Origin: Elusimicrobiota bacterium
Lineage (GTDB): Bacteria; Elusimicrobiota; Elusimicrobia; F11
Direction of reading: 5' to 3'
Assembly (NCBI GenBank): GCA_046153645.1
Contig: JBJXGI010000034.1
Location: 1-64,000 of the forward strand
DNA length: 64,000 nt
Made by a program: the position numbers and the translations under genes. The notes below the pieces were generated by a model. The model searched no databases, had not been told where the DNA came from, and worked only from the letters and a program-made list of their open reading frames with translations. Positions 7,201 through 16,031 of this stretch are shown piece by piece. Each line of letters starts with the position of its first letter. Positions within the stretch are counted from its first letter, which is position 1.

Positions 7201-9779
7201 CGATTTGATTGTTTTGCCAAGAACATAACGAAGTAAGTATATTTTTCAACTAAAAAATTACGAAGTAACATGTGATCCATTGGAGGTAAATTTTTGGCAC
7301 GTAAGGCATGAAATAAATCTTTTTCTTCTGTTTTGGTTAGTTTTTCTCCTGCGGTTGCCATGGTGGTTTTTATAGTTTTTATGTCAACGTTATAATCTTT
7401 TACTGTCGCAGCATTAGCTGGTTTTTTCTTTTTAAGAAGACTGATATCACCCGCAAACCCGAGAACCCATCCTCGCTTTTGAGCGATGAGATTATAGATA
7501 GCATGGAGAAAACCCATGAAGATATAAGAAGAACTTGGGAAAAAATATGCAAAACCCATGCCCCCTATGCCAATTCCAATAGCAAGTAAGAAAAGTATGA
7601 GTCTTTGAGGAATAAACCATCCCCATTCAGATGATATGTTTTTTCCTATAAAAATTTTTGGGTGAAGCACTGTTGCAAAAAGACTGGCGTAAACAAAAAC
7701 GGTAACCCAAGGAGAAAGTATTCCAAAGAGAAGGGGAAAAGCAAAAGTGAGAATAAGCCAGCGTGTGATAAATTCTTCGAAAAATCCACCGATTACAATT
7801 ATTCCGCGCCGCCATTTGGAATTGGGATCCGCATATTGTCTGACCAAAACATAAACCAAAGACAAGGGGCTTAGGATAGACGAGAGAAGAATTCGTAATC
7901 CAAGCTTAAGTAAATGAGAGGGGGGAAATCGAATGTGTTTTATCTCAACTTCAACTATTTCACCATGGGATACCTTTAGGGAAATTTCTTTACTGCCTTG
8001 GGGGCCGCTTAATTTGATACTAAAAGGGTTGTTACGGGTTGAAATATCTTCTGCCGTATCTAAGGTATGGGGGTTAAGGGCGCGCAGTGTTTTATTGGAA
8101 TTTTTATGCTCGAGTGCGGCTCCTAAAATGGCGCCTCCCGGGAGACTTGTGGCGATGGGTGGCGATAAAAATAATTTATCGCCATGAAAAAGTTTATCAA
8201 GCGGAGTTTTTTCTTGAGAAAAGACGCTTAAGTAAGAAGTACCTTTCCCTATATCTATTTTTGTTATTTTGGGAGTAAATTGAATGACAGTGTACCCGGC
8301 ATCAATCAATTTCTTTTCGATCCCAGTAGAATGGAAACCGCCAGTCACAAGAATTGATATTGAAGGCGTACTTGGTTTTTTAAGGACATTTTTTAGGAAG
8401 TTATTTGCCATCTTTTGATCTCGAATTTCTGCTTCATGGTAAAAATTTTCAAAAGGTTCTAATAATTTTTTCTCTTCATTAAGAATTGGGGCCTGGGGCC
8501 TTTGTTCTATTGCTTGATATTCCTCCCATTCTCGTTTTGTTAGTTCAAAATTTATTAATTTTTTAATGAGGTAAAGTTTACGGCATTTATCTACATGCCA
8601 TTTTTCTTGGGGTGTTTTCACCAGCGATTCATATGAATTTTTTTCTGCTAAGTTCATTTCTCTCATTAACTCATCAGAGTCAATGCTTTCTGAATGAAGG
8701 ATGTAAGTAATGTAATCTTTCAGGGCTGGGAATTTTTTAATTTCAAAACCGTGTTTGGTACATAGGTTTTCTGTGTATTGATAAAAATGAGTTCGACTTA
8801 TTTTCAATTGTTTAAAAGCCTTGGCGAATTCAAGTAGTTCGTTTGTTTCATCTTTGGTTAATCGAGGTGTGAGTTGAGAAAGAAGTCGTGTTTGTTCTCT
8901 CTCTACCTGTTCGAAGTTAAGATAAGACTCAATGTGCCGTGCTTGGAGAAATATGTTTATGTGTGCCATCATTCTTTGAGAGGGCATGTTTTTAGAAAGA
9001 TAAGACAAGTAGTCACCCATTGAAATTCTTTGACTTCTGTATTTTTCAACAACCACGTCAAATTTGGCTAATTCAGAATTAAAAATTCCAGCTTTTTCAT
9101 TTTCAAAACTTGCTTTGATTTGAGCTAAATTAATGTTGATGTCATTTTGTTTGTGTTTGGCAAGTTGATAGGCCTTTACATGAGCGATGTAATGTTTTTT
9201 GTCGTCAATACCAATAACAAGAGGCGGGTTGTTTTTAAAAGTAGAAACATTCTGAGGAGTCAGTGTCATTAAGGCTCGGATGGGGCCTGAAATTTTATTC
9301 TCCCGAAAGAGATAATTTGCGATTTTGTTGACTGTCTCTCTCCTTGGGAATTGTTGAAAGGGATGGAGGTTGATAGGGCCAAAGCCGCCTTCAAGTCCAA
9401 TAAAATCTACTTTCCCATTTTTGACCAAGGCTTGAATCAATGCGCCAATGTTTTTTTGTGCTTCTAAGTTCATATGAACATCTTGAATATGGATCACCAT
9501 TTGACCTGTTGTCGGTTGGGACGCCCTTGGGTTGAGATATTTATTGATTCTTCCATAAGCTGATAAATCAATGGTTTCTCCTGTGATCGTGAGATTTTTA
9601 TTTTTTGAATTTTTGAGAATGGTTGTTTCGATTTTCGGGAGGTTTGTGATCTGTGCGGTGAGAAACTTTTGTCGTTCATTCCAGATATTTGTTTCTTGAG
9701 AATGTAAAAATAAACAATTGTTGAAAAACAATAAAAACGAAACGATCGTAGACATGGGCTTTGTGATGATCTTCAGCAT
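4299..9779 (-). CDS. Giant modular membrane protein 1: signal peptide, EreA/ChaN/TIKI-like domain, CPBP-like module, sigma70 core, five sigma-4 HTH repeats, second CPBP-like module, C-terminal domain
   Basis: 1826-aa ORF. IQDVH/LEG/GGFH motifs. GLMKAIDKFD...FITYA..WI (sigma region 2), REPTNDEIAEKMG (region 3), LTPRDQIILKLRFG...TLEAIG...TKERIRKI (region 4). Duplicated hydrophobic EExxxR...HxxxN block. Confidence 0.85.
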   Translation of the reverse strand: MLKIITKPMSTIVSFLLFFNNCLFLHSQETNIWNERQKFLTAQITNLPKIETTILKNSKNKNLTITGETIDLSAYGRINKYLNPRASQPTTGQMVIHIQDVHMNLEAQKNIGALIQALVKNGKVDFIGLEGGFGPINLHPFQQFPRRETVNKIANYLFRENKISGPIRALMTLTPQNVSTFKNNPPLVIGIDDKKHYIAHVKAYQLAKHKQNDININLAQIKASFENEKAGIFNSELAKFDVVVEKYRSQRISMGDYLSYLSKNMPSQRMMAHINIFLQARHIESYLNFEQVEREQTRLLSQLTPRLTKDETNELLEFAKAFKQLKISRTHFYQYTENLCTKHGFEIKKFPALKDYITYILHSESIDSDELMREMNLAEKNSYESLVKTPQEKWHVDKCRKLYLIKKLINFELTKREWEEYQAIEQRPQAPILNEEKKLLEPFENFYHEAEIRDQKMANNFLKNVLKKPSTPSISILVTGGFHSTGIEKKLIDAGYTVIQFTPKITKIDIGKGTSYLSVFSQEKTPLDKLFHGDKLFLSPPIATSLPGGAILGAALEHKNSNKTLRALNPHTLDTAEDISTRNNPFSIKLSGPQGSKEISLKVSHGEIVEVEIKHIRFPPSHLLKLGLRILLSSILSPLSLVYVLVRQYADPNSKWRRGIIVIGGFFEEFITRWLILTFAFPLLFGILSPWVTVFVYASLFATVLHPKIFIGKNISSEWGWFIPQRLILFLLAIGIGIGGMGFAYFFPSSSYIFMGFLHAIYNLIAQKRGWVLGFAGDISLLKKKKPANAATVKDYNVDIKTIKTTMATAGEKLTKTEEKDLFHALRAKNLPPMDHMLLRNFLVEKYTYFVMFLAKQSNRRDKEEAAADGVIGLMKAIDKFDSQLGYVFITYAKDWIIESMRQGYRKEKTIWIPQYLDKELNLLEKIKKQLRNQLNREPTNDEIAEKMGLSVEKVQQLRSIPLKTNSLDAGFEEIQKGSEIHMTDQEEVLKVLSALTPRDQIILKLRFGIGTKNGETYTLEAIGKLLNLTKERIRKIIADGYSTASEETSTFQHPVSADDTDVFIVENFKIWPGNQLYERLLAKGRIELEKKAPHIIKGSQKTTLLRQENTILAREKKPSAIQIKKQKTKKLADSENSDMVKANQHRLKELQSSHSDVLYRHFIKGSALREIAEEKGVTPPAIRSMLSTALKRLKKLIQSDEPSDRQFVLTHLKRLDELKPSHAEVLYLRFVEEKTLQFIADKKKVSNKTIKSREFIGLKNLRKLVDSNEDSNAQFVKTHLAVVNKLKTSYRDILKDHFIAKKSLKKMAAKRGITVEALRDQLSNALKQLNKLIKPNEISDHDLVRSNEHRLKELKPLYQKVLLERFIEEKTQKQIAENENVSQANISKRQTYAIAELRKLIKSDNKPSDKKTVQTYQHQLEKLLGHRYAKILYDYFILNKTQQEIASDLGITQSNISKYQSKALEKLRRLTHSKNPQALSIFNPLSIIYTWMGKNTQSESKWLNRITAVGGFLEDSLGRWIIFSFVLPVFLGTISHWEAVFIYAGLFATLIHPKLFIGKNTSSQWGWFISQRIKLLLLAIGIGAGGMAFTYFLPFFLPSLSPELTVTLSYIFMGALHSAYNFFTRKQAFPPTIELPMNMINENSDSLELILEQLEGQIPTSLDIAHAFDGTSGSLSIVHINTKEDVLDLNSMLKLKKISKKQDLILIVSEKTEKDVVNIMKKYNRKKHMVIVPINNLKKNKMTGLYSYNEVLTNPNAAKLKTVRELQNNHFKTGQITVISRQPVIFEASERLAKIISLIIHRRDGWIRFQLNIFLNSFKRVEENA
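5370..6365 (-). repeat. Five tandem ~68-aa sigma70 region-4 (HTH) protein repeats inside giant protein 1
   Basis: Unit L..L...H/Y..VL...F....T...IA....V/I.........AL..L.KL recurs five times, starting ELQSSH, ELKPSH, KLKTSY, ELKPLY and KLLGHRY. Confidence 0.85.
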
Positions 9780-9809
9780 ACATTTATTCTAAAAAATGCA
9801 ACCGAAGAA

Positions 9810-9838
9810 CGTCTTAACAGAATGTAAATATTTTGTAA
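9810..9838 (-). promoter_or_regulatory. Conserved upstream tandem-box motif of giant gene 1
   Basis: Minus strand TTACAAAATATTTACATTCTGTTAAGACG starts 59 bp before the ATG. It is 23/29 identical to the motif before giant gene 3. Confidence 0.7.
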
Positions 9839-9886
9839 CTTTTCCGTCGGAGAAATGAATAAAATATGTAAATTAATCCTAAAAAT

Positions 9887-9925
9887 TTACAAATTTGTTT
9901 CAACCTCTTAAGGTGATCTTAATCT
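9887..9925 (+). promoter_or_regulatory. Conserved upstream tandem-box motif of giant gene 2
   Basis: TTACAAATTTGTTTCAACCTCTTAAGGTGATCTTAATCT starts 59 bp before ATG 9946 and aligns without gaps to the leader of giant gene 3. Confidence 0.6.
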
Positions 9926-9945
9926 CGAAACGCGAAAATGAGGGC

Positions 9946-12900
9946 ATGACCTTTTTCAGGCGTTATTTAGCTTTATTGTTGAGTGTTTCCATTTTCTCAA
10001 CTCAATGTGCATTTGTTCATGCCACCGAAATGAATTTATGGGCAGAACGTCGTGCGGTTTCTATCCCTTCTTCGACTCTTTTTGACCATTTTCCTCCAAT
10101 TGAGAAAGTTGTTTCTTCTCTACAGAAATTTCCTTCTTCTCTTAAGCTTTTTGCCCGTGCTGTTCCGCAGACTCGAGCCTCCATTCAAGAGTATTATTCC
10201 TCAGATGATCCACAGGGGCCTGCGGTTGTCATTATCCAAGACATTCATTTAAATGGTGAGGCTCAAAAGAACATTGCTTCTGTTTTGCAGTCGCTTATTG
10301 CGTCTTGTCAAATAGGCGTAATTGGGATTGAAGGCGCCTTTCGTTCGTTTGATTTTTCGCCATTTAAATTATTGCCCGATCAGCACCTGTTAAGATTGGT
10401 CGCTGAATCATTTTTTCATGGGGGAAAACTAATGGCGGCGTCGTATGTTGGTGTTACATCAAATGTGAAAACCCCTTTGTTTGTAGGCGTTGATAATAAA
10501 GCTCATTATGATTTAAATGTAAAAGCCTATCTCGATTCGCAACTCATCAAATCAAAAGCATGGGACGATTTAAATCACGCTCAACAAATATTAGATGTCA
10601 GTAAAAAAAATATTTTTTCCCCTAAACATGTTTACTTTGATCAACTTTATTCTGACTATCACGAAAACCGCATTGGTATTGGCGCCTATGTGGCGGCCTT
10701 AGTAGATTTGGGTGTTAAGCTTAATTCACACTTAAGTCACTTTTCTGAGGTGATCCGACTTGAATCTTCTTTGAATTTTAAACAAGTTGATGTTGAGCGT
10801 CGGATCATCTTGAATTCATTAACTGAAAAATTAACTCGTAGTGAAATGGCTGATTTAACTGAGCACAGCATGTTGTATCGATTGGGCAAAATTGGTTTGG
10901 GCGCTTACTATCGTCATTTAAAGACGCTCTGCAGTGCCAAAGGGGTAAATCTTAATCAAAAACAAGCATTTAATAATTATGTTAGATATGTGCTGCTATC
11001 TGAGAGTATTCAGTCGAAAAATATTTTTGATCACCTTGATCAACTTGAGCAGAAATTGTTTTCTGATTTATCGCGCACGCCTGAACAACGTATCCTCATA
11101 AATGAAAGTCGTCGCCTTCTTTTAGCAAAAAAACTTGTCAACTTATCTCTGACACCCGCAGAATGGAAGGCCTATCAAAATTTGCGTGCTCGCACCCCGG
11201 GTTCCATTCACCTTGACCCATTTGAAAAATTTTACACCGCAGCCGATATTCGCAGTCATTCCATGGTAGAGAATCTATTGGCGCATTCAAAATCTTCAAA
11301 TTCAATGGTTCTTTTAGCTGGTGGTTTTCATTCTCCATTGGTTGGACAATTGTTACGCGAGAAAAAAATATCTTATGTCATCATCACTCCAAAGCTGACC
11401 AAGGTCAATCGTATTTCTGGTAATGATTACTTGTCGGTTCTTGCACGTGAGAAAACACCGCTTGATAAAATATTTCAAGGAGAAAAAGTATGCCTTAAAC
11501 CGCAGATAGGCGAAATTGATCCTGATTCGTCAAGTGGACCGCAGTTGATGGCAAGTACATTGGCACGTATGGGACCCTCTGCGTTGGAAGAGGCACCATA
11601 TGTTGACTTCCCTTATGCTGGTCATAAACTTAGCCTTAAAGTAAATAAAGCCGCTGATCCTTCCGCTGATACTTTTAATTTAAAACACGAACTGAGTGTT
11701 GTTGGAAAAGAATTCGTTCGTTATCATTCGCCCTTTTTCTTGGTAACACTTCTGTATCCAGCACTTCTATCTATGTTCTGGGGCCAAGTCGCACTTGTTG
11801 TGGGTGTTGTGGTCGTATCATTTATTTTTGCTCGAAATCACAAGGCGACACTGAGTCAGAAGATTCTTTTGTTTTTTATTGGAGGTGTGTTGGGGGGCGT
11901 GATGGTGTCTCCGTCTATTGTGGCGTGGGCAGGTCAATGGGTTTTTGTCTTATCGATGGGTTTTCATTTCACCTTTAATTTATTTGTTTGGGCCGTAAAA
12001 AAGATGTCTCGTCGTCCCTTTTTGTTACGCCACGCCTCGTGGTTCGTTCAGTTTGCGCAGTGGTTGCCAAAAGCCTCAGTGGTAGAACCTGATGGAAATC
12101 GAAAAATTATTTTATCTTCAGATGGAACGCGTCTTGGTATTCTAAAAAAATTGTCTGATAGAACTCATTGGTTGCAGTTTCTTTGGGCTCCTATCATGCA
12201 ATTACGGCGCGAATCTAGAATGGACAATCCATTTGAAATTTCTGATTTTCAGTTTCACTCCAATCGTCCGTTTTTTTCCGCAGCTCAATTGAACGAGGAG
12301 GGAAAAGCCACGGGGATGATACTGGTCGATTATAACGCAGATGTTATTCCGGCTCACTATAACTTTGAGGCACCGATAAAGGTTGTTGATTCAAGTTTTG
12401 TTTTTTTAGATGGTACCCAAGACAGAATGATTTGGGCTATTGCAGAACACAATAAAATTCAAATAAATTATTTTGACGGTGTGGGTACTCTTACCAGAAT
12501 AAAAACAATTGATTTTGTTGATCCTGATGACTCTTTTTCGGAAATTAAACTGTCTGATGATGGAACTACCCTTTTCACGAAAACAAAAAAAGGGTGCTTG
12601 AAAATGTGGGAAACAACAGGAGATTCGAAATCACCCATATTTGAAATCCCATCAAAAAAGCAGAACCTTAAGATTGATCATTTCGATGTTTCTTCTTATC
12701 AAAATCATAACCCTTTGATTTTTTCATCAATAGATTCTGAACAAGGCGCGCAGCGTTTACTTGTGGCTTTAGAAAAAATGGTTTTCGTTTCAGATTTAAA
12801 GACGGGGGAAATGCTAGGAGAAGGTTATTTACTTCATGCTCCGCCAACACATGTCTGCCTTTCAGCTGATGGAAGGTTCTTTGCTGTTGCTATTCAAAAT

Positions 12901-15405
12901 GAAGTGCAGCTTTGGAATATTGCACTTCGCCAAATGGTCCAAAAATTCTCATTTGAGTCTCATATTCAGAGTTTAACGTTATCTCGAGACGGGACTCATT
13001 TTGCTGTTGTAGTAAATGAGGCTGTTATTTTAGAAGAAACAAAATTTCCTTCAGTTGCTGCTGTTTCAGAGAGAGTAAATTTTAGCTCAGAAGATTGGGG
13101 TTTTTATAAACACACTAAAGTCCCTTTATCAATATTAAATCAAGTTGGAGACGCGCTTGCTCGTTGGTTGTCAAATTTATTGGGTGAAGCTGGTTTTATT
13201 GGTGTTGCTTTTAAAGAAGGCATGCGTTTTAAAGACACAATAAACTGGTGGGGATACAAAGGGGCGCGAGCGGGTCCCCTCCAATATCATACGGGGCTAG
13301 ATTTTTCCGTTGGAACAAAGTCAGATGGATCTCATGAACAGTTTAAGGCTGGACAAGCTATTCTTGCTATGAAGAGAGGAAAGGTTGTCGGAAAGTTTGA
13401 AGATAGTATGGGAGAAACGCTCATTGTCGCTTCGGGTGAGTTTATTGTTTTTTACACACATATTCTTGTGGCAACAAATAAAAAATCAGGGAAATCTTAT
13501 GCGATAGGTGATGAAGTTGAAGATCCTGATCTGATTGGTTATTTTACAAACCCACGGAACGATACCTCAACAACTTCGCGGCATTTACATTTGGGCACGG
13601 GTCGAATGAAAGTTGAACATCAGTCAAGGTTGGAAAATTTGACGAAAGGCAAAGAATTTGAAGAGTTAGATCAAATGGTATTGGACGGAATTTTAGAACT
13701 GTATAACCCAGAAGAATTCTTTGACCCTGAACAACTGGGTACGTTTGAAACCATTTCGTATGGATTTATTGATAAAACAATACTTGTTCATCCTAATAAA
13801 GAGATAACTGGCGTATTCGACAAGTTTCGTCGGCTTATCGGTCTTCGGTATCCGGGTATCGCTATGCCAGGAGCCATAACTGAAGAAAAATGGGAAAAAT
13901 TAATTGAACAAGAAGACGTTCACGTTGTCGTTGTTTCTGATCGCCCTCTTCAAGAAAAATTAGCTGAAAAGTATAAAAATCGAAAAATAATTCTTTTTTT
14001 AGAGCCCAATTTTTCTGACCCAGATGGCGATGAGTTTTTAGAAGAAATCGAATTGATTCGAAAATTAGGGCCTGTTTATGGAAAAACGGTTGGTCATTTT
14101 TTTACGGATGATCAGATATCTGAAGAATTTCAAATTGACGATGTGCTTAGTTCTTTTGATGATATGAAAACGCTGCTTCAATTAATTAATAACCCCGCGC
14201 TCTTGATGCGTTATCTTCCTACTTCCTTTTTGCGGTGGCGTTTTTTGAAGATTATTGCAGAAAAAGCCCCTTGGATTATTCAATTGAAAGCTATTTTTGG
14301 TGAAACAGGTTTATTGTTGAAAGCATCAAATGGGCATGAGATGAATTATCATCCACCCAAAGAATTAGCTCTTGCTGATTTTGTTTCAACGATGAATCCA
14401 GCTCTTACTACTAATCAGTTTGGATGGATGCCAAATGAATTACTTCTTCGTGTCATCGCTCCTTTAATCCTTCTTCTGCCAGATCAAATGAACTTATCTA
14501 CAATGCGTCGATTCTTTCCTCCAGAAATGGAAGAAAAAATCAACCATCACGAAAAAGTTTCAGATTTGTTAAATGCGGAATCAAAAAATATAGGAGATTT
14601 AATTGATAAAGAGTCTCCATCGGTAATTAATATTGTCTTTAAACTTATTGCAGATGGAACTTCTTTAGGCTTAGATCAGCTATTGAGAGTCTGGGAAGAT
14701 ATATTTTTGTTGGAATCCCCAATAGAAGACGAGTTAGATGATGAAGAGGATTCTCAGATTGAAGTAACGTATTCTTTGGAAATTGTTAGTACCGAAGATG
14801 AAAGTGTTGATGAAGTTCTTTTTAATCGTTGGATTAAAGGGACTCCTCTCGAGCAATATATTGAATCGATAACAGTTGTTATAAATAGTCCGAATGAATT
14901 AAAAGGTCAGTTTAATCTGAAAAATAACTTGAAAGGAGATCTTAGTGTCATATCAGGTCAGGTTCGGCCTTTTGTTGTGAAAGCAAATCAAACAGGTGTA
15001 GTTACTGACATTTTAAGTCCTGGTAAAGGTTATAGTGAATGGATTATTTGGAGTATTTTAAATGACTTAAAACAGAAAGGATTTCAAACAGTTCATTTTT
15101 CGGTTAATTCTAGTGAAGAAAACCAGCCGAATTATCTTTTCTTTTTTGGAGATGAAAATAATAAAGGTTTTATTAAGCGGTGGAATGAGAAATGGCGAAC
15201 TGTTTCTGTAAATGACCCAATCTACGTAAGTAGCGATACTGATTTTGAACGTTGGATTATCATCGTTGCACTTCAGCAATTTGATATGAAAGATGTTCGT
15301 CCAACAGAAGAATGGTTAAATGGTGAAATTCCTGCTATGGAAATAAAGCGGCAACATTTAAAGAAAATAGATGCTTTCGCTAAAGGGACCCTCAAAGCGG
15401 CTTAA
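9946..15405 (+). CDS. Giant modular membrane protein 2: signal peptide, EreA/ChaN/TIKI-like domain, degenerate CPBP-like TM module, WD40-like beta-propeller, M23 peptidase, GNAT-like C-terminal region
   Basis: IQDIH/IEG/GGFH motifs. FIFARNH...HFTFN in a hydrophobic block. LSDDG/LSADG/LSRDG blade repeats. HTGLD and HLH zinc motifs. PGKGYS...GFQTVHFSV. Start placed at ATG 9946 (GAGGG upstream, signal peptide follows). Confidence 0.8.
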   Translation: MTFFRRYLALLLSVSIFSTQCAFVHATEMNLWAERRAVSIPSSTLFDHFPPIEKVVSSLQKFPSSLKLFARAVPQTRASIQEYYSSDDPQGPAVVIIQDIHLNGEAQKNIASVLQSLIASCQIGVIGIEGAFRSFDFSPFKLLPDQHLLRLVAESFFHGGKLMAASYVGVTSNVKTPLFVGVDNKAHYDLNVKAYLDSQLIKSKAWDDLNHAQQILDVSKKNIFSPKHVYFDQLYSDYHENRIGIGAYVAALVDLGVKLNSHLSHFSEVIRLESSLNFKQVDVERRIILNSLTEKLTRSEMADLTEHSMLYRLGKIGLGAYYRHLKTLCSAKGVNLNQKQAFNNYVRYVLLSESIQSKNIFDHLDQLEQKLFSDLSRTPEQRILINESRRLLLAKKLVNLSLTPAEWKAYQNLRARTPGSIHLDPFEKFYTAADIRSHSMVENLLAHSKSSNSMVLLAGGFHSPLVGQLLREKKISYVIITPKLTKVNRISGNDYLSVLAREKTPLDKIFQGEKVCLKPQIGEIDPDSSSGPQLMASTLARMGPSALEEAPYVDFPYAGHKLSLKVNKAADPSADTFNLKHELSVVGKEFVRYHSPFFLVTLLYPALLSMFWGQVALVVGVVVVSFIFARNHKATLSQKILLFFIGGVLGGVMVSPSIVAWAGQWVFVLSMGFHFTFNLFVWAVKKMSRRPFLLRHASWFVQFAQWLPKASVVEPDGNRKIILSSDGTRLGILKKLSDRTHWLQFLWAPIMQLRRESRMDNPFEISDFQFHSNRPFFSAAQLNEEGKATGMILVDYNADVIPAHYNFEAPIKVVDSSFVFLDGTQDRMIWAIAEHNKIQINYFDGVGTLTRIKTIDFVDPDDSFSEIKLSDDGTTLFTKTKKGCLKMWETTGDSKSPIFEIPSKKQNLKIDHFDVSSYQNHNPLIFSSIDSEQGAQRLLVALEKMVFVSDLKTGEMLGEGYLLHAPPTHVCLSADGRFFAVAIQNEVQLWNIALRQMVQKFSFESHIQSLTLSRDGTHFAVVVNEAVILEETKFPSVAAVSERVNFSSEDWGFYKHTKVPLSILNQVGDALARWLSNLLGEAGFIGVAFKEGMRFKDTINWWGYKGARAGPLQYHTGLDFSVGTKSDGSHEQFKAGQAILAMKRGKVVGKFEDSMGETLIVASGEFIVFYTHILVATNKKSGKSYAIGDEVEDPDLIGYFTNPRNDTSTTSRHLHLGTGRMKVEHQSRLENLTKGKEFEELDQMVLDGILELYNPEEFFDPEQLGTFETISYGFIDKTILVHPNKEITGVFDKFRRLIGLRYPGIAMPGAITEEKWEKLIEQEDVHVVVVSDRPLQEKLAEKYKNRKIILFLEPNFSDPDGDEFLEEIELIRKLGPVYGKTVGHFFTDDQISEEFQIDDVLSSFDDMKTLLQLINNPALLMRYLPTSFLRWRFLKIIAEKAPWIIQLKAIFGETGLLLKASNGHEMNYHPPKELALADFVSTMNPALTTNQFGWMPNELLLRVIAPLILLLPDQMNLSTMRRFFPPEMEEKINHHEKVSDLLNAESKNIGDLIDKESPSVINIVFKLIADGTSLGLDQLLRVWEDIFLLESPIEDELDDEEDSQIEVTYSLEIVSTEDESVDEVLFNRWIKGTPLEQYIESITVVINSPNELKGQFNLKNNLKGDLSVISGQVRPFVVKANQTGVVTDILSPGKGYSEWIIWSILNDLKQKGFQTVHFSVNSSEENQPNYLFFFGDENNKGFIKRWNEKWRTVSVNDPIYVSSDTDFERWIIIVALQQFDMKDVRPTEEWLNGEIPAMEIKRQHLKKIDAFAKGTLKAA

Positions 15406-15409
15406 GTTT

Positions 15410-15820
15410 CTAAGCATTAATTATTAACTTCTTACTTTGGAAACCTAAGAATAAATCGAATTCCTTTAGAACATTTAGTCCAATTAAACCTGCGATTCTT
15501 CTGCTTTCCGGAGGTAAGTTTGCGCAACCAAGTTCAACTTTTTTTAATTCAAAACCAAAGAACTTAATTTTTGGTGCAATTACAATAGGAATATATTCAG
15601 TTCCGCTCGCAGTGATCATTTCGATTTTATTTTTAGGTTTTAATGGGTTTAGCCCCAAAGCAATTGCCGTTGCTATTGAGATTGTTGTGATACTGGAACC
15701 GGTGTCCAATGCCATCAGAAGTGCGTGAGAAGATTGATATCCTTCAATATAAAAACTCGTAACAACTATATGCGTTTTATGGTCTATATTAAGAGGAAAG
15801 AATTGTTTCTTATAATGCAT
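15410..15820 (-). CDS. Retropepsin-like (clan AA) single-domain aspartic protease
   Basis: ALDTGSSITTIS catalytic motif, ITASG, GLIGLNVL. Confidence 0.88.
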   Translation of the reverse strand: MHYKKQFFPLNIDHKTHIVVTSFYIEGYQSSHALLMALDTGSSITTISIATAIALGLNPLKPKNKIEMITASGTEYIPIVIAPKIKFFGFELKKVELGCANLPPESRRIAGLIGLNVLKEFDLFLGFQSKKLIINA

Positions 15821-15986
15821 AAACATATCCTTTAGGAAGAGAATCCTCTGAATGATCTACCATGATGACCCCTTTAGGACCAATAGATTTTCTGTATATA
15901 ACATTCCTGTTTGGATCATGTGCCAATAAAACACCGGCAAGAGGAGTTGTGGTTTTTTCATCAATTTTTGTGAGTCGATCAATTTT
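15810..15986 (-). pseudogene. 5'-truncated remnant of the small partner protein usually encoded upstream of these aspartic proteases (DUF5678-like)
   Basis: My translation KIDRLTKIDEKTTTPLAGVLLAHDPNRNVIYRKSIGPKGVIMVDHSEDSLPKGYVYAL* has a stop overlapping the protease start. An in-frame TGA precedes it and there is no N-terminal start codon. Confidence 0.55.
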
Positions 15987-16031
15987 TCAGATATAATAAT
16001 TAAAATTTTTTATGGAGAGCTAAATATACAT

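Noticed and set aside
6665..7340. Stand-alone rpoD/rpoS gene joined to neighbours by a sequencing error
   Set aside because: The frame is continuous, there is no region 1.1, and it is symmetrically flanked by duplicated membrane modules, a layout mirrored in giant protein 3.
9895..9945. Longer TTG start for giant gene 2, and similar extended starts for hldD, the NUDIX gene, nfrB, bioF and DGC2
   Set aside because: Downstream ATGs fit better with RBS or signal-peptide position, family N-termini and neighbouring gene boundaries.
2894..16000. tRNA-anchored genomic island or prophage containing giant genes 1 and 2
   Set aside because: I found no integrase, phage genes or repeat of the tRNA 3' end, hldD is a core-type gene, and base composition looks native.
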